The notes under the pieces are model-generated. The model was not told where the DNA came from. It did not search any database and was given only the letters and a program-made list of their open reading frames with translations. DNA of 64,000 bases, taken from the human T2T-CHM13v2.0 reference genome, Homo sapiens. Shown here in pieces: positions 27,070 through 41,966 of this stretch. The position numbers were made by a program, and so were the translations under genes. Positions within the stretch are counted from its first letter, which is position 1; every line of letters starts with the position of its first letter. The DNA lies in NCBI RefSeq assembly GCF_009914755.1, contig NC_060928.1. One strand, 5' to 3'.

Positions 27070-28095
27070 CTTCAAAATCAAAGGATTGCCCCAAGCTAGA
27101 AATCTAAGAATTATCTTTGACTCTTTCCTCTCCCTCATTTCCAACATAAAAACAACGAAGTTCTACTCATTGTATGACCTACATACTTTTTGAATCTGTT
27201 TCTTTCTGTTTCGGATTCCACTATTATCATCATTTTTTGCCTAAACATTTTCAAATCTTCATAACTGTTGTTGTGTGCCTGCTGTCTAAAGGTAAGATCT
27301 GACTAAGTCCCCCTGTGGTTTAAATTCCTGTAGCTCCTCGTTTCCTATAAGATGAATCCAAGCTTGCCCACATGGTCTATAGGGCCTCCATAGCTTGCTG
27401 ACCACTCCAACCTCATCTTTCACCACTCCCTGCCTTGCCCTCCACATTCCAAAAACACAGACCCTGTATCATCCTATGCACACAACACGCAGTTTCTACA
27501 CCTTCTGTCTTCAATGACTTTTCTATCGTATTTTACCTAACTCTTCCATATATATATATATTTTTTTTTTTTTTAAGAGACAGGGTCTTGTCCTGTCACC
27601 CAGGCTGGAGTGCAGTGGTGCAATAATGGCTCACTGTAACCTCAAATGTCTGGGCTCAAGCCATCCTCCCACCTCAGCCTTATTTGAGTACTTGGAACTA
27701 CAGGCATGCACCACTATGCCTGGCTAATGTTTACATTTTTTTGTAGAGATGGGGTCATGCTATGCTGCCCAGGGTGGTCTCAAACTCCGGGGATCAAGTG
27801 ATCCTTCCACCTTGGCTTCCCAAAGTGCTGTCTGGGATTACAGGTGTGAGTCACCATGCCCAGCCAGCATCATTTCTTTTAGGAAGTTTTCTCTGACTCT
27901 CTTCACCTGTGCCAGTTTAGAACCATTTTCTATCTCTCTCCCACCCGTATCTTCAACTTGTTAGGGGCTTATATCTATTTCTAACACTACCTTTTATAAT
28001 TAGCTCTGTAGCTAACTAGCTGGCTGTTATGCATCTTTGCATACTTGGTGCTTATTATGCTCAGGGAGTTGAATTTGTATTTTTTGAATAAATGA
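27070..28095 (+). mobile_element. L2, interrupted by an AluJ
   Basis: aatctaagaattatctttgactctttcctctccctca; gatgaatccaagcttgcccacatggtctatagggcctcca; ends tttgaataaatga. Confidence 0.65.
27560..27865 (-). mobile_element. AluJ
   Basis: Poly-T then GAGACAGGGTCTTG...CTGGGCTCAAGCCATCCTCCC...CACCATGCCCAGCC. Confidence 0.92.
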
Positions 28096-28994
28096 TTGCA
28101 GAGCTGTCTGTATCTAGGAAAGAATATAGATTTTGTTCTCATAGATTAAGAATTGTGTAATTGCTATAAAAATAGGCTTTGAGATTCCACAGACCTAGTT
28201 TTAAATATGAGTACTGCTGCTTATTAGGTATGTGACTTCTGACATTTCACCAAATCTCAGTTTTTGTGGCTATAAAATCTGTAGATATGGCAATGTGGCG
28301 ACAGTGTGTGGGTTACATGAAATAAGGGAATGTAAATGACCTAGCTTAGAGATGACCACAAGATAAGATATCCACATATAAAAATATTCTACTTGCCTTA
28401 TTTTCTTGTTGAATGTCTATTTTGGTATCAAGCTTCTCTCATTTTCCTAAATACACTTGAGCTCTAGTACTCTTTAATCCCTCCACCAGTAATGTCTTTT
28501 CTCTCCTGTGCCTGGTGAACTCCTAGTCTTCTAAGTTCACCTTAAGCTTTATTTCCTCCAGCAAGTCATTCTGGGCCCTTCCAGCATGGGGTTGTTGCCA
28601 TCTCCCCCTGCTACCAGTGCACAATGGGCATCATTGCACCGTTGTGCCTATCACACAGTAATATATTACATTGTTCTTTTCTGCGCCCCACCCCCCCAGC
28701 ATGAAACAGAGTTTATCTGAACAAGTTTCTGTGCATTTCATTTATTAATCTGGAGTACCCAGCCATGGTGGAAGTACAGACTCCTAGAGTGCTAAGGGAC
28801 TCTTGGTACATAGCAAAACCAAAGATAAATAAAAGACGAGGTTTGCTGAATAAATGGATGAATACATAGAGATTCCTAAAACTATGTTTCCCCCAATTTT
28901 TAAAAATATAAAAGTCAATACTCTTCATTTTACTACTTTTAATAAACAATACGTTAGTTTTTGTGTTAATGCCTTGTTAAGACTCCTTATTACT

Positions 28995-29308
28995 GGTTGG
29001 GTGCACACTTCTTATTCCAGTAGTTTGGGGGACTGAGGTGGGAAGATCATTTGAGTCCAGGAATTTGAGACCAGCATGGGCAACATAGAGAGACCCTGTA
29101 TCTACAAAAAATTTAAAAATTAGTTGGGTGTGGTGGCACCCACCTGTAGTTACAGCTACTCAGGAGGCTGAGGTTGGAGGATCATTTGAGCCCAGGAGTT
29201 AGAAGCTGCAGTAAGCTGTGATTGCACCACTGCACTTCATTCAGCCTGGGTGACAGAGGAAGACCCTGTAGCAAAAAAAAAAAAAAAAAACAAAACAAAA
29301 AAAAAACA
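28995..29308 (+). mobile_element. AluJ
   Basis: Dimer with GATCATTTGAGCCCAGGAG and A-rich tail; flanks AGACTCCT / AGATTCCT. Confidence 0.9.
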
Positions 29309-30202
29309 GATTCCTCGTTCTTCCTCATTCTTTCCTATGGTATACAAAATTGTTTTTGTCTTATCTTAGTTCTCTCCCTATTAAAATTTAGGCTATAACT
29401 TATAATCAAAATTTCAGAATTTGCTTATTAAAAATCTCCCTATGTAGAAATTCCAGTTACCATATCACTTACCAAAATTTGTTTATTTTCAAGTACTGCT
29501 TGGGAGGCATCAGCAAGTGGTGAAAGGAACATTGAACCATGAGTTCGAGGCCTTGGTATTGGTTCCAGCCACATTCATAATGATCTTTTGCCTTTTCTAA
29601 GTGTGTTTAAGTGAGCTGATGGATTGATTCATATTCTATAAACAAAAATCCAAGTTGTAAAGACATCATACACACAAATGGCAGTTTCCAGAAAGTGAAT
29701 ATAGTCTAGAAGTCCCTTAGCACTCTAGGAGTCTGTGCTTCCACCATGGCTGTGTATCAGGACTGTGTGAGAGAGAGGCCTGGGTAACAAGGCAAGAGAA
29801 AGAGGTCCAGAGAAATGTCTCCTTTCTTTGTGGCCATTCTCACTGGCTAACTGGCAGTTACAAAACTGTAGGGTGGGAAAACATGAGTGAGTATTGCTTG
29901 AGGTTATAGAGAAGTAATCTGTTGCATAAGTAAATATCTACAGTGAATTTTAGAGTTGGTAAAACTGTCTCGTTTTATATAAGAGGAAACTGGGCGCAAC
30001 TGGTCTGAGTGACTTTTCTGAGATTGCACAGGTATTAAGGGGAAGACCTTCCAGGCCAGTATCAAAATTTCATGGCTCTGCTATGTATTTTCTGACTTTG
30101 TAAGGTCTGTGACAACATTTCCAACCCATTTCTAATTCATCTGAGGTTTATTTTCTCTTCTTAATTTTGAGCTACCCCTGTGGACTACTGATTTCTTGTT
30201 TT

Positions 30203-30513
30203 CCTTTTTTTTGTTTTTTTTTTTATTTAAAGACATGGTCTTACTCTGTGACATAGAAGGCTGTAGTGCAGTGGCACAATGATAGCTCACTGCAGCCTCC
30301 AACTCCTGGACTCAAGTGATTCTCCCACCTCAGCCTCCTGAGTAGCTGGGACAACAGGCATGTGCCACTGCACCCAGATAATTTTTTAAATTATATTTTT
30401 GTAGAGATGGGATCTTGCTATGCTGCCCAGGCTGGTCTCAAACTCGGCCTCAAGCCACCCTCCTCAGCCTCCCAAAGTGCTGGGATTACAGGCGTGCACC
30501 ATTGCACCTGGCC
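30203..30513 (-). mobile_element. AluJ
   Basis: GATAGCTCACTGCAGCCTCC...CCCAAAGTGCTGGGATTACAGGCGTG. Confidence 0.92.
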
Positions 30514-30579
30514 TTGCATTTTTTTTATGCTGTTACATGTTCCTTATTAAAAAGCTATTATTAAAAAACTAAAATACTG

Positions 30580-30890
30580 TCCAGGCCTGTTGTCTCATGC
30601 CTGTAATCCCAGCACTTTGGGAGGCTGAGGCCAGAGGATCGCTTGAGCCCAGCAGTTCGAGGTCAGCCTGATCAACATAGCAAGACCTCTGTCTCTACAA
30701 AAAATTAAAAAAAGGAAGAAATAGCCAGGTTTGGTGGTGCATGCCTGTGGTCTCAGCTACTGGGAAGCCTGAGGTGAAGGGATCACTTGAGCCCAGGAGG
30801 TTGAGGCTGTAGTAAGCATGATCAAGCCACTGTACTCCATCCTGGGTGACAGAGCAGGGCCCTGTCTCAAAACAAAAACAAAAACAAAAA
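30580..30890 (+). mobile_element. AluJ
   Basis: CCTGTAATCCCAGCACTTTGGGAGG...GGATCGCTTGAGCCCAG; (CAAAAA)n tail. Confidence 0.92.
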
Positions 30891-32899
30891 TGACAACCAC
30901 AAAAAACACTAATAGTAACATATGTTAGTAGCTAAAATTTTACAGTAAAGAATGAATGTGTGTGTGTGTGTGAATCACATACAGTGTTCAAAAACAGATA
31001 AATGGGATAATGCTATACATGTTCTGTGTCTTGACTACTGCTTTTTAAATAAATACTCTGCCTCACTTGATCCATCCCTTACAAACTTGGTGCTATCATA
31101 AACCAATTATGTGCCAACTGCTGACCTACTATGTTTAGTATAAGCTACCATCATACAATATTTACAAAAAAACAAGCAACAAAAAAAACACCACTGCACA
31201 TTTATGGCTTTGGTAATGTTTACATGGTACCAAAATTTTGGCAGGTGTTTTACAACAAAAACAAAAAAGCATCACAATCCTTATTAATGCAGTTTCTACC
31301 TTTAGCTTAAAGTAGATCAATTCTAGATCCATGTGTGTCCTTTTTTAAAATCATAGTTTCCTTGTGGCATGTGATAGAATTCATTTTTTTGTGGCTTTGC
31401 AAGAAGAGTGTTAACTCTGTTGAGAGAAAATGTTCATTATAAACCACATTTATTTCATCCTTTTTGATGGAGCAAATGACATTCTTCCAAAATTTATTAT
31501 TTTGAAGGATAATATACCCAATATACTGAAGAAGATGGTAAGGGTATGAGTCACCTCTAGCAATGAACAGTGCTGGTTAATATTTCACATTTTTACCTCT
31601 CCTGCCCTTAGAAATCACAATACTTGACACCAGGTCACAAAATTATTAAAACTTCAAGTGGCTACACTTCCTTCTCCACGTGAGTCCTCACTTCTCCTTA
31701 ACATTTTACTCTGGCAATCCCTTCAGGCTTCTGGCCTTTTCTCCCTCCCTTTGACCCTCATAACTAATTAAATCTGGACAAGTCTTTGGTGAAAATAGTT
31801 TCCTTTAAAGTTATTCATTCAAAGTTCCCCTTAAGGCATTCTTTGTCACTTTAGCCCAGCCTGCAATCTTTACATGAAGTTGAAAGAAGTGAGCTATTTT
31901 TATAAGATAAAAAAATCTTGCAAGACCTAAATCTACTTTAGGGCCACAGATAAAGACTAGATTTTGAAATATGACAAATGTTTCCACAGCCATGAAACTG
32001 TTATTCTGTAGAAGTCTGCAGATAAATAAAAAGTTCCAAGGACTCTGGCTATGCTTAAAGGCAGTTAAAGTTTTAAGATTTCATGTTGTATTTGGAGGTA
32101 GTTATATTTGAGGTCTGTAATTAAATTCTACATCAAAAGTAAAAGATTAACCAACCAGTATAGTTGAAGTCATGCCCAATAAGTTTGTTTTGGAAATCAT
32201 ATTGGATTTAAGAATTAAGTAGCTAGTATCCATTTATCAGAAGACAAAAGTGAAGATTGAATGATATAAGAAATTAAGTCTGGGGCTATGCCATGGCTTA
32301 AGTATTTTCACTGTTGAGATAAAATAAAAACTTGCCAAGTTGCCAATTACTTTAGACCTACTTCTACATTGTACAAATAAACAGAAAATAATGTTTTATT
32401 TGTTTACAAATTTAAGAATCAGGCATGTAACTTCTTTTGTTGGCCAAAGGTGTTCAGCTCTAGGGCAAAAAAAATTGGATGAGATTTAACGACAAGCTTC
32501 AGCATCATTTGTTAAACTAGAGAAGTGTTTTCTCAGTTTAATAATTGCTACCTATACTGTTTCTAAAAAAAAAAAAGGTGAGAGAAGTTTTCTTTATGAA
32601 GCCATTTTTCTACATTATTTAATAATATTACCTTCTCATTTTTCAGCTACCCTCTGGGACGCAACTTTTTAAAGCTCCCTGTGTTTTTCCTAGATGAAAA
32701 CTTGGGTTTTGAAACTTTGAGTGTGTCCCAAGACTATCCATCTGTTTAATAGAAGAGCTAGGAAAGGAATCTAGGTACCTCTGGCTTGGTAAGCCTGACT
32801 GCTGTAAACATGACACTGCCTCCCAAAATGTGAAAGCTTGGTTTTGAAAATAATTCTCTAACAGTATTATGGTTAGTAACAATATTGAAAAAAATATTT

Positions 32900-33090
32900 T
32901 AAAGAATAACAAATACTTAAGAAGCACTTACAATATGCCAGGTATCCTACTAAGGACTTGGATATTTTCCCTCATTTAATTCTCACAATAGCACCGTGGG
33001 TAATATCATTACTGCCATTCTGAAGATTAAAAAACAGGCACAGAGAAGTCCATTAACTTGCCCAATGTTTATAAAGCTAGTAAGTAGCAA
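32900..33090 (-). mobile_element. MIR
   Basis: ctcatttaattctcacaata...caggcacagagaagtccattaacttgcccaa. Confidence 0.75.
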
Positions 33091-35211
33091 ACATTCCCTT
33101 TTTGCTTGACAAATACTCAATACATAGACTTAGAGAACCATCTGATGAATAATAAACTCTGTGGAGTTTCCCAAGGAGATACCAACATCTATTTATTAGT
33201 TATAGGTCTAAACGAGAAATATACAGATGTTACCTTTTCAACAATACGTTTATACATGCTATATATACTGGTCTCTTCAGAGATTACAATGACATGTTCT
33301 TATTATTCTTTCATTTGCATTACTTTCTAATTTATTTAACCAATATATTTATAAAAATGTTTTAAAAGTTATCTGTGAATTTAAAATTACTGGTAATCTG
33401 TAAGTTAAAGGAAAAAGACTTAGCAAATCATTGTCCACAATATGAAGAGGAGCAGTAAGACACGAATGGCACAGGATATGTATAACCAGTTGGAGAATTG
33501 TTAACTGCTCCACAGAGTAAGAGATTAGCACTGTTAAAAGTATTGTGAAATAAATAAACAAACAGAAAATTTGCAAAAAACATACAGGGAAAGGATTCCA
33601 AGTTAAGTAGTGCAATACAACTGTAATGTTTAGCCACCTTTCACTGTTCCTTATGAGCCAGAAATCTTAAATTGCATTTTATCCATTGATAGTGTGCTTC
33701 TTCAGAATATCTACAATACAAAACAATGATTATGAGCTAATGTAAGCTGAAACAGACGAGAGTGATTTGTGGAAAGATGGAAGCACCAAAGATCTAACTC
33801 TGGCCTCTTGTGTTTCAGGAGGTGGATTTCTTTGAACGGTATCCATTTCCTTTCTCCAAGGCCTCTGTTTTATTAAACCTCCAAAAAAGAAATTAGAATT
33901 GGCCATCTTTGGAAATATAAAGGAGGCAAATGATTTGTGAAAGAAAGTAATTACAAGGTTTTCTCATGTTAAGGAGGCATTTTAATAGAAACGTACTCAT
34001 GTCTAGAAAATATAGGTCTGTGAGTATATGCGGTTATTTTTTAGGAAGGCATCCTTTCTGTCTTCCACTTCAGTAAACTCAGAAAGTAAAAACACGTTCT
34101 GTGACTGCAGCTAGTTCATTGACATTTCCAGCATATCATTTTCCCAAAGTTTGAGAGAGCAATGGATTGATTTCAGGGTTCACAGTGGGGCAGGATAAGA
34201 CAGCACGGATCACATGTCTTTCGGAAACAATATAAATTCATAGAGCTATTTCAAGGTTTCATGAAGATGTGATAAAGTACTGGATTTGGTTACACATTTC
34301 CTCCTGCAGGGACTATTTTATCCACTCTTCTTAGATAAGTCAGGCTGATTTGTTGTTTTCATACTCTGTTTTTCTTCAAATCTACTTAAATAAGCAGGTT
34401 GATTTCAGGGCAGTCCCTTTAACTCTCTCTTCTTCTGCATGCGTTCAACTCAAGTTCTTGTGAAATCATTATCCTTTTCATACCTTCAAGATGAACTGCC
34501 ACAAAAAGTGAATTAAAAAGCAAACAAAACTAAGTTAAAATAAAATGTGATCACCAAGGATGTGCTGCTCTGTGCAGATGTGGACATGGAATCATGCAGC
34601 ATTTATGAAAGTGTCTCCTGTGAGTGTGGGCTGCAGATCGAATGTCTGTGACTCTCTAAAACACACAGTCCTTCAGGCCAAAGTGCCACTTCACTCTCAC
34701 CAAAACTAGAACCACATCCAAATCAAAGCAAACAAAACAAACATTTCAGTAGTCAAGAGTGCAGAGAAATAAGACAGCCATTTGCATTGGATTGTTTTTT
34801 GTTGAAATCACTGCCAGTAATTCCGAAAAAGCTTCTACCTACTTGTATGATCTGTCAAAAAAATCAAACTGCCTTTTTTCACAGATTAGGAAATCAAGCT
34901 GAATCATACTGAACCAAAGGCTCAAAAAATAGTCTTATGATTCTAATGATCAATCAACCCATTCACTCCTTCTTGTTCTTCAGTGTTCTCAGAGCACCAT
35001 GCTACGTGACGTATATATATAAAAAACAGATTATCTATTATCTATTATATATATATATATCTTACTTCTAATCACTTACAAACTGAAACAGCCCAACAAT
35101 TAATGAAAGATAAGGTAAAAAACACACTGGACTCAGTGTCAGAAGACTTACATTGTCAAGTCACATGTCTTCTCTGAGCCCTAGTTTCAACACCTGTTAA
35201 ATGAGGAATGA

Positions 35212-35737
35212 TGTCAGGAAAACATCTTGTTTTTCCTTTTTCTATCATCTATTTCTTCTTGTTTTGAAAAAGAAACCTCTTCCACCCTCTTAGGCCACGT
35301 GGTTCGGTTTCCCACTCGCTTCCCCTCCTGCCCATCGGAGCGTTCCAATCCTCTGACCACAATTATTGGTTCAGGATGAGCACATGACCCAAGGCAGTGT
35401 AATTACAATGAAATCTGGGATTTTGCTGTGATGGGGAGAAAATGATTGCTGAAAGACTGGCTGTTAGTATGACGCTGTTCATGGCCATCTTGATGTGGGA
35501 TGGAAACAGCGAGGTTGCATGGAGCAACACAAAGAAAGGCACAGCTGAGAGATGGAGCAAGAATGTGGTCAGGTCATCATTTAGAGCAATGGATTTGACT
35601 GTGATGGAGCCAGATGGGTCTAATTCTGGGATTTTCTGTTACATGAACCAATAAATGTGTTTTTTATCTTTTTGACTTAAACCTGCTTGATTTGGGCTTC
35701 TTTCACTTGCACCCGCAGGATTCCTCACTGTTATATC
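35212..35737 (+). mobile_element. Old MaLR LTR (MLT1J/K/L-like)
   Basis: gagcacatgacccaagg, ggccatcttg, gttacatgaaccAATAAA, tcacttgcacc...cctcactgttata. Confidence 0.75.
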
Positions 35738-35844
35738 ATGTGACAACTGAGCTGACATACCAATATGAATGGTATTTTTGGAAAGTTCTTACTTGTTAAA
35801 ACACAAAAGCTAAAATCCTTGGCTTTGAAAAATATATTTGCACT

Positions 35845-36010
35845 TTTATTTCATTCATTGAATAACTTTAAATGAAAACCCCTTCTCTATGCCATAGGCA
35901 CTCTAGGGCCTGGGAATATGAAGATCAAGAAAATGAAACAAGTTATAAAGGAGTTTATAGGCAAGTGGAAATACAAATGTGTTAAATAATAATAGGATAC
36001 CATGGAAAAG
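35845..36010 (-). mobile_element. L2 3' end
   Basis: tttcattcattgaataact...tatgccataggcactctagggcctgggaata. Confidence 0.6.
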
Positions 36011-36052
36011 GTAAAAAGTGTAGACTACAAAATGCAGGGATATCATATTACA

Positions 36053-36152
36053 CAGCTCTAGGGGGCGCCGTTCATATTGTAGTTTATGTAAACATCACCC
36101 CCTGGAGTTACACACACTCAGAAACCCTAGCTACACCTCTGCCAGCTGGTGG
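36053..36152. mobile_element. MER91-like hAT fragment
   Basis: cagctctagggggcgccgttcatattgtagtttatgtaaacatcaccccctggagtt, the internal palindrome typical of MER91. Confidence 0.6.
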
Positions 36153-37674
36153 ACTGGGCCATGGACACACTTGCACCAGCAAGTGTTTTCAATCACCATA
36201 ACGGTTCTTCTTGGCTGTTTCATTTTTTAATGAGCTGATTATTGCTCACTATATCTGAGTTTTTAGGGGGAGTCTCTGGCAGACAGCTGCACCACCGGCT
36301 TACCATTACACAAACCAGACACAAATCTCACTGATCTCACTTGGCTGTGCTATCATTTGTTAGTGATCATTTGGCAGAGGCACCACTAAATCAAGAGTCT
36401 GCAAACAAAATGTCGCATCCCAGGATTACAGAGGTCTTCGGGCAGTGGGAGATTCATTGAACATCAGATTAAGTTTTTGGCAAAACAAGTGGAGATTTTA
36501 TGACTCAGAGATCGTTTACAACAGCATACTTTCACATTGTTGCCTCAGTGATAATACTTCATTTTAAGTGGCAAAATCAAACTATAAGTAAATTAGTAGC
36601 CAAATTAAAGCAACAGCTGTGTGTTTTGATAGTGATTAATTGCACTCTATAAAAGAGGCTTTGCTTGTCTCTTGTCAGTCACAAAAGAGAGTGAAAGAAT
36701 GTTCTTTGATATAATGCCCCTTCTGAAACAGTGCCAAGTTAGTTCATTGTTTAGCTACAAAACAAAAAAGAAACAAAAACAAAAAACCTCTGAGAGTTTC
36801 ATGCAGATGCCGCTTTTCACTGGTGAAATAACAGCTACAGTACCCCTTGACACCTTGGAGAGCCACCCTGAGGCCTCACTCCAGGAGTCAAATTTAGACC
36901 TAATCACCTCTTTCCTTGCACAGCAAGGTAGCATCAGCCCTAGGCTTGGGGCAATTGGCCTACCATACGTAGATGCTGAATCTCACACTTCTGGGGGAAG
37001 CAATTGAAAACCTCATTTGAACTATACTGGGCAAAGTGTTTGGATAAAGTGTGGGGGTGACATATTGATATACTTTTACATCTGTGTTTACCAACATATT
37101 AAGATGTGCCACTTGACTGCATGTTCAAAATGACCCATCTCAATGACTCCTGGTCCCACTTTCTGCTGCCACTCTCAACCATGCCGTGAAACTTTCTGGA
37201 GCACTTCCTGGACTGCATTTCAAAAATACCAAAGGTCTGAAGGCTGACAGGTTTGACTGTAGCTGAGCTGGCAAAATACAACACTGCTTTCCTGGCACAG
37301 AACATGTGACTCCACCAACAACTGCACAAGCTACATCATTGTGTCTGGAGATACTGAAAAGGAAACCTCTTTTTGATACACCAAAATGCTGCTAAAATGT
37401 TGATGTTAGGAGGTGTGGATGCTTTCAAGAACTATATCCCATTATTGATATGGGGACAATTTGACACAGCATTCAATATTTGGTGGAGGTAGTTTCAAGT
37501 AAATCTGTAAAGCATTTCACTTTATCTTCAAAATGACTGATATTTTATCCTATTGACACTATGATTGCTTTTGCAGCTTTGATTTAGCTGCTAAGTCTTA
37601 GAACCAAATGTGTGGCACCCTGTAAAATGTATATGTAATTTTACCTGCTGGTTTTACGGAGAAGGCAGGGGAGC

Positions 37675-37865
37675 TCAGTGACCCAGAGCCCAGGCTCAAA
37701 GGCCGGGTGACAGATTTCAAATGAGTGCCTTTTTAACTCTGTGACTTGGAATATGTACCTTAATTTCTTTTTCATCCTAAGATATTTCTAAGGTTATTGT
37801 GAGGATTACATGAGTAAGTACATCAAAAGTGTCTACAGCAGTGCTTAGTATTGATGCCACACTGA
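37675..37865 (+). mobile_element. MIR
   Basis: ctctgtgacttgga...ggttattgtgaggattacatgag. Confidence 0.65.
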
Positions 37866-38090
37866 ACAACCACTTCATCGTCATCAAATCATTATCATCA
37901 TTGCCTTATTTTTCTGCCCTACTAACTTTCTCAAGGATTTATCTTATTCATTGCAGTTTATGTATTTTTGTAAGCACTGTCAAATTCTTTATCAAGAAAG
38001 GACACCATAAGCAAAACAAAACAATGTAACTAATATAGATATATTTATATTTAAGTATATATTTATTTACATGTAAAAAATAAATATTTA

Positions 38091-38468
<378 letters not shown>

Positions 38469-39258
38469 TTAATATAATATATATTTTATTTTCTATATTT
38501 TTCATATAAATAATGTAAAAATATAACAATATATAATGTAAAAGATAAATATATATTTTCAAAATTAAAATATATCACTAAAAGTACTACTCCATTTTGC
38601 TATTACAATAATACCCTTACTGAAAATTTTATAATTCTGTTTAAATATTATATTTCATAATGTTATTTCTAATGGCTCAAACCTATTTTAAAATATTCTT
38701 TTCAATGCTCAAATGTGTCAAAGTGCCAATTGATCTTTATCTTTTCAAATGCAGATCAATTTCTAACATACATAGAGTTAAAATGAGACATGTTCTAAAT
38801 ATCAATGCACATGAAAAATCACTGAGAATAAACAACATTAAAGTAAGTACAATAGCAAGACCCAGTTGTCTGGGATGACTGATGATTTCTAGAGATCTGA
38901 GCTCAGGCACTCATCTACCAGGTGTTATTTTCCTTTTTATCTAGGGTTTAGCTGCTATGTAAAAAGTGATGTGATTTTTTCCCCCAGGATTTCTCTGCTC
39001 TAAAGAATTTTCTGAGAAGTTTTTTTTTTTTAAATCAAAATTATAAGCTGTAATATGCTATGTTTTCTTCCATTTGAAGAGAAATTAAATTTGGTTCAGT
39101 GGAATATCCTACAGCAAAGTACTGCCAACCCACTATCTGGTCCTGTCACAAAGGGCCTGGAGTTACCTACTTTTCAAAAGAGAAAGGTACAATTTTATGA
39201 TGTTTTAGGAAGTGAAGTCGAGGTAAGCATTATTTTGTATTAATAAAATACATGTGAT

Positions 39259-39405
39259 GGGCTGAGTGCACTGGTGTGCACCTGTAGTCCCAGCTACTCA
39301 GGAGTCTGAGGTGGGAGAATCACTTTAGCCCAGCAGTTCAAGACAAGCCTGGGCAATGTAGTGAGACCTCCATCTCAAAAATAAAATAAAGTAAATAAAA
39401 TAAAA
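39259..39405 (+). mobile_element. Monomeric Alu (FLAM-like)
   Basis: Single arm ending GAGACCTCCATCTCAAAA(TAAAA)n; flanks AAAATACATGTGAT / AAAATATGTGAT. Confidence 0.85.
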
Positions 39406-40069
39406 TATGTGATCCTGAAAACACTGATCAACTTACAAATTATATTTCATCCAAGATTTACTGTAAGAGATGAGTCACTGTATTCTTTTATCCTAAACTT
39501 CTTGAGGAACTCTAACTGCCTGGAGCATCCAACAATAATGAAGGCAACACAATTAAAATCCCAATCTCTTTCCTGGATGGCTCTATGTTTTGAGAAATTG
39601 CTTCACATTCCAAAATCTTCTATTTGAATAAAACAATCAAATACTAACCTAGTCATGAAGTTGATTGTAAAATGTAACAAGAAGCAATTATTGGTAGGAC
39701 CTTTGTCAACATAAAATTGCTAGTTGCAAACCTAAGTGCAAAATGATTTTCAAAGGCTATAGCTCCAGATGACAACCCTAAGAGGTCTTCTGATTAAGTC
39801 CAGTCAAACCTAACTTTGGTTTTGTTTCTTTTTTAATTGTTAAGCGAATTTTTGTCACATTAAAACAGCAGAGCTAAACATTGAGGCTGTTATTTCAAAA
39901 GAAAAATAACTTTTCTTTGTGAGGCAATTTATACCAAAACTTTTCTGTTTTTGCCCAAGTATAATTTGCAATGCCATCAGGCTTGCTGGCAGCAGAGGGA
40001 TATTGTAAGCCATCACAGGAATTTAGGAAGTTACATTTATAATAATGTCTTGCATTTGACTAGTCATTT

Positions 40070-40255
40070 GAAGTTCAGCAAAACCCTTCACAAACCTGTA
40101 TCATTTCATCTTCACTAAGACCCTGTCAATTAGGTAGGGCAGAGTTTATTAATCCCCATTTAACATATTATATAAAGGCTCAAAAAACTTAACATATCCC
40201 CAAATCATACCACTGCTCACTGGTACGTCAGACCTAGAATTTGAGTCTTCTTACT
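40070..40255 (-). mobile_element. MIR
   Basis: atcatttcatcttcac...attaatccccattttaaca...gacctagaatttgagtcttc. Confidence 0.65.
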
Positions 40256-40264
40256 TCTCCCATT

Positions 40265-40611
<347 letters not shown>

Positions 40612-41966
40612 TAAATATTTTAAATATTCTATATATTAAATATTTTATACTTACCCTCTAAAAATGTGATCACCTCTTCTCTAAAATCTTATTGGTAACT
40701 CCTAGACAACTGGACTATAAGAATATTAATTATGTTACCTTGATGATAATCAAACTTTGAACATACTATTTATCCTAATAATATTAACTTATCTTTCTTT
40801 ACTCTGATGTTTAAACTTTTCACATAGGCTAATTTCAGTGACTCTGTAAATTTTAGTTGTTTCAAGGAGATCAATTATATTACCTACCATACTTAGCCCA
40901 TTGTAGGTGCTTAAGAAATTCTTTTTGAATTGATCAGCTTCTATCTAAGAACATTATAGATCATGTTAGCAATGAAATACAAATAAGACATGTGGAAAAT
41001 TATTTTACATTATCTTCCCTAGAAATGGCTGACAAATTCATTCTGATGAAAGACAGATATGGTGCAGTGAATAGATGCTTTCACAGATGCATTAGAGGTC
41101 ATGAAAGTAACCCAGACACAGTCTAAATCAGTCTCTGGTGTGCTGACAGCCTGTTAGCATAGCGTATGAATACCCCTTTCATGATTTAAAAACATTTTGA
41201 CGTCTAAAATAACACTGTCTAGCTATCTGTGATGTATGAAATTATATCATAAATGAGTAGTTCAATTCAATACTGAGATATTTAGAAAAGCAAATTCAAT
41301 AAGCTAATAAGTCTATGTGCTTTTCCTGTCTATAGAAACTAAGTAAAATAACATGTTTTTATAACATCTTTTTTGAAAAAAAAAAAAACCAATCAATTTC
41401 AAAATGCTTTACAAATTATAGGCTTACTACTACATTTCACATCCCATTATGGCATTGGTAAGAATTATCAATTCATTTAAAAATGTAAATAAATGAAAAA
41501 AGAAAAACAAATAATTCTAGAAACAAAAAAAGGCAAAATTATTTCAAAGAGCAATAAATTGAAAGGTAGGCTGTCTCTGATGACAGCTAATGTATATTTA
41601 TGATGCACTTCATTAAACCCTGTGACTTTTTCAAGAGGCCACCTGTAAGCCAGTTATGACTTACAGGTTTTAGGAATGCATTATATTCTTGGCCATTACT
41701 CTCCAAATCAAGTGTTTGAGATGTTCTCAAAGTCCAGGTGAGACCTAAACCAGCACTGTCCATTGCAAATATAATGCAAATCGCATATGTAATTTAAAAT
41801 TTTCAAGTCATCACTTTAAAAAAGTAAAAAGTAACAAGGGAATTTTAATGATATATTTTATTTAACCCAAAATGTCCAAAATATTGTTATTGCAAAATAT
41901 ATTCAACATTAAATTTTATTGAGGATATATTTTACATTTTTTTCCTTGTACCAAGTTTATAAAATC

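Noticed and set aside
35004-35012. Overlapping HRE/CRE-like TACGTGACG
   Set aside because: A single short motif beside a TA microsatellite; not supportable alone.
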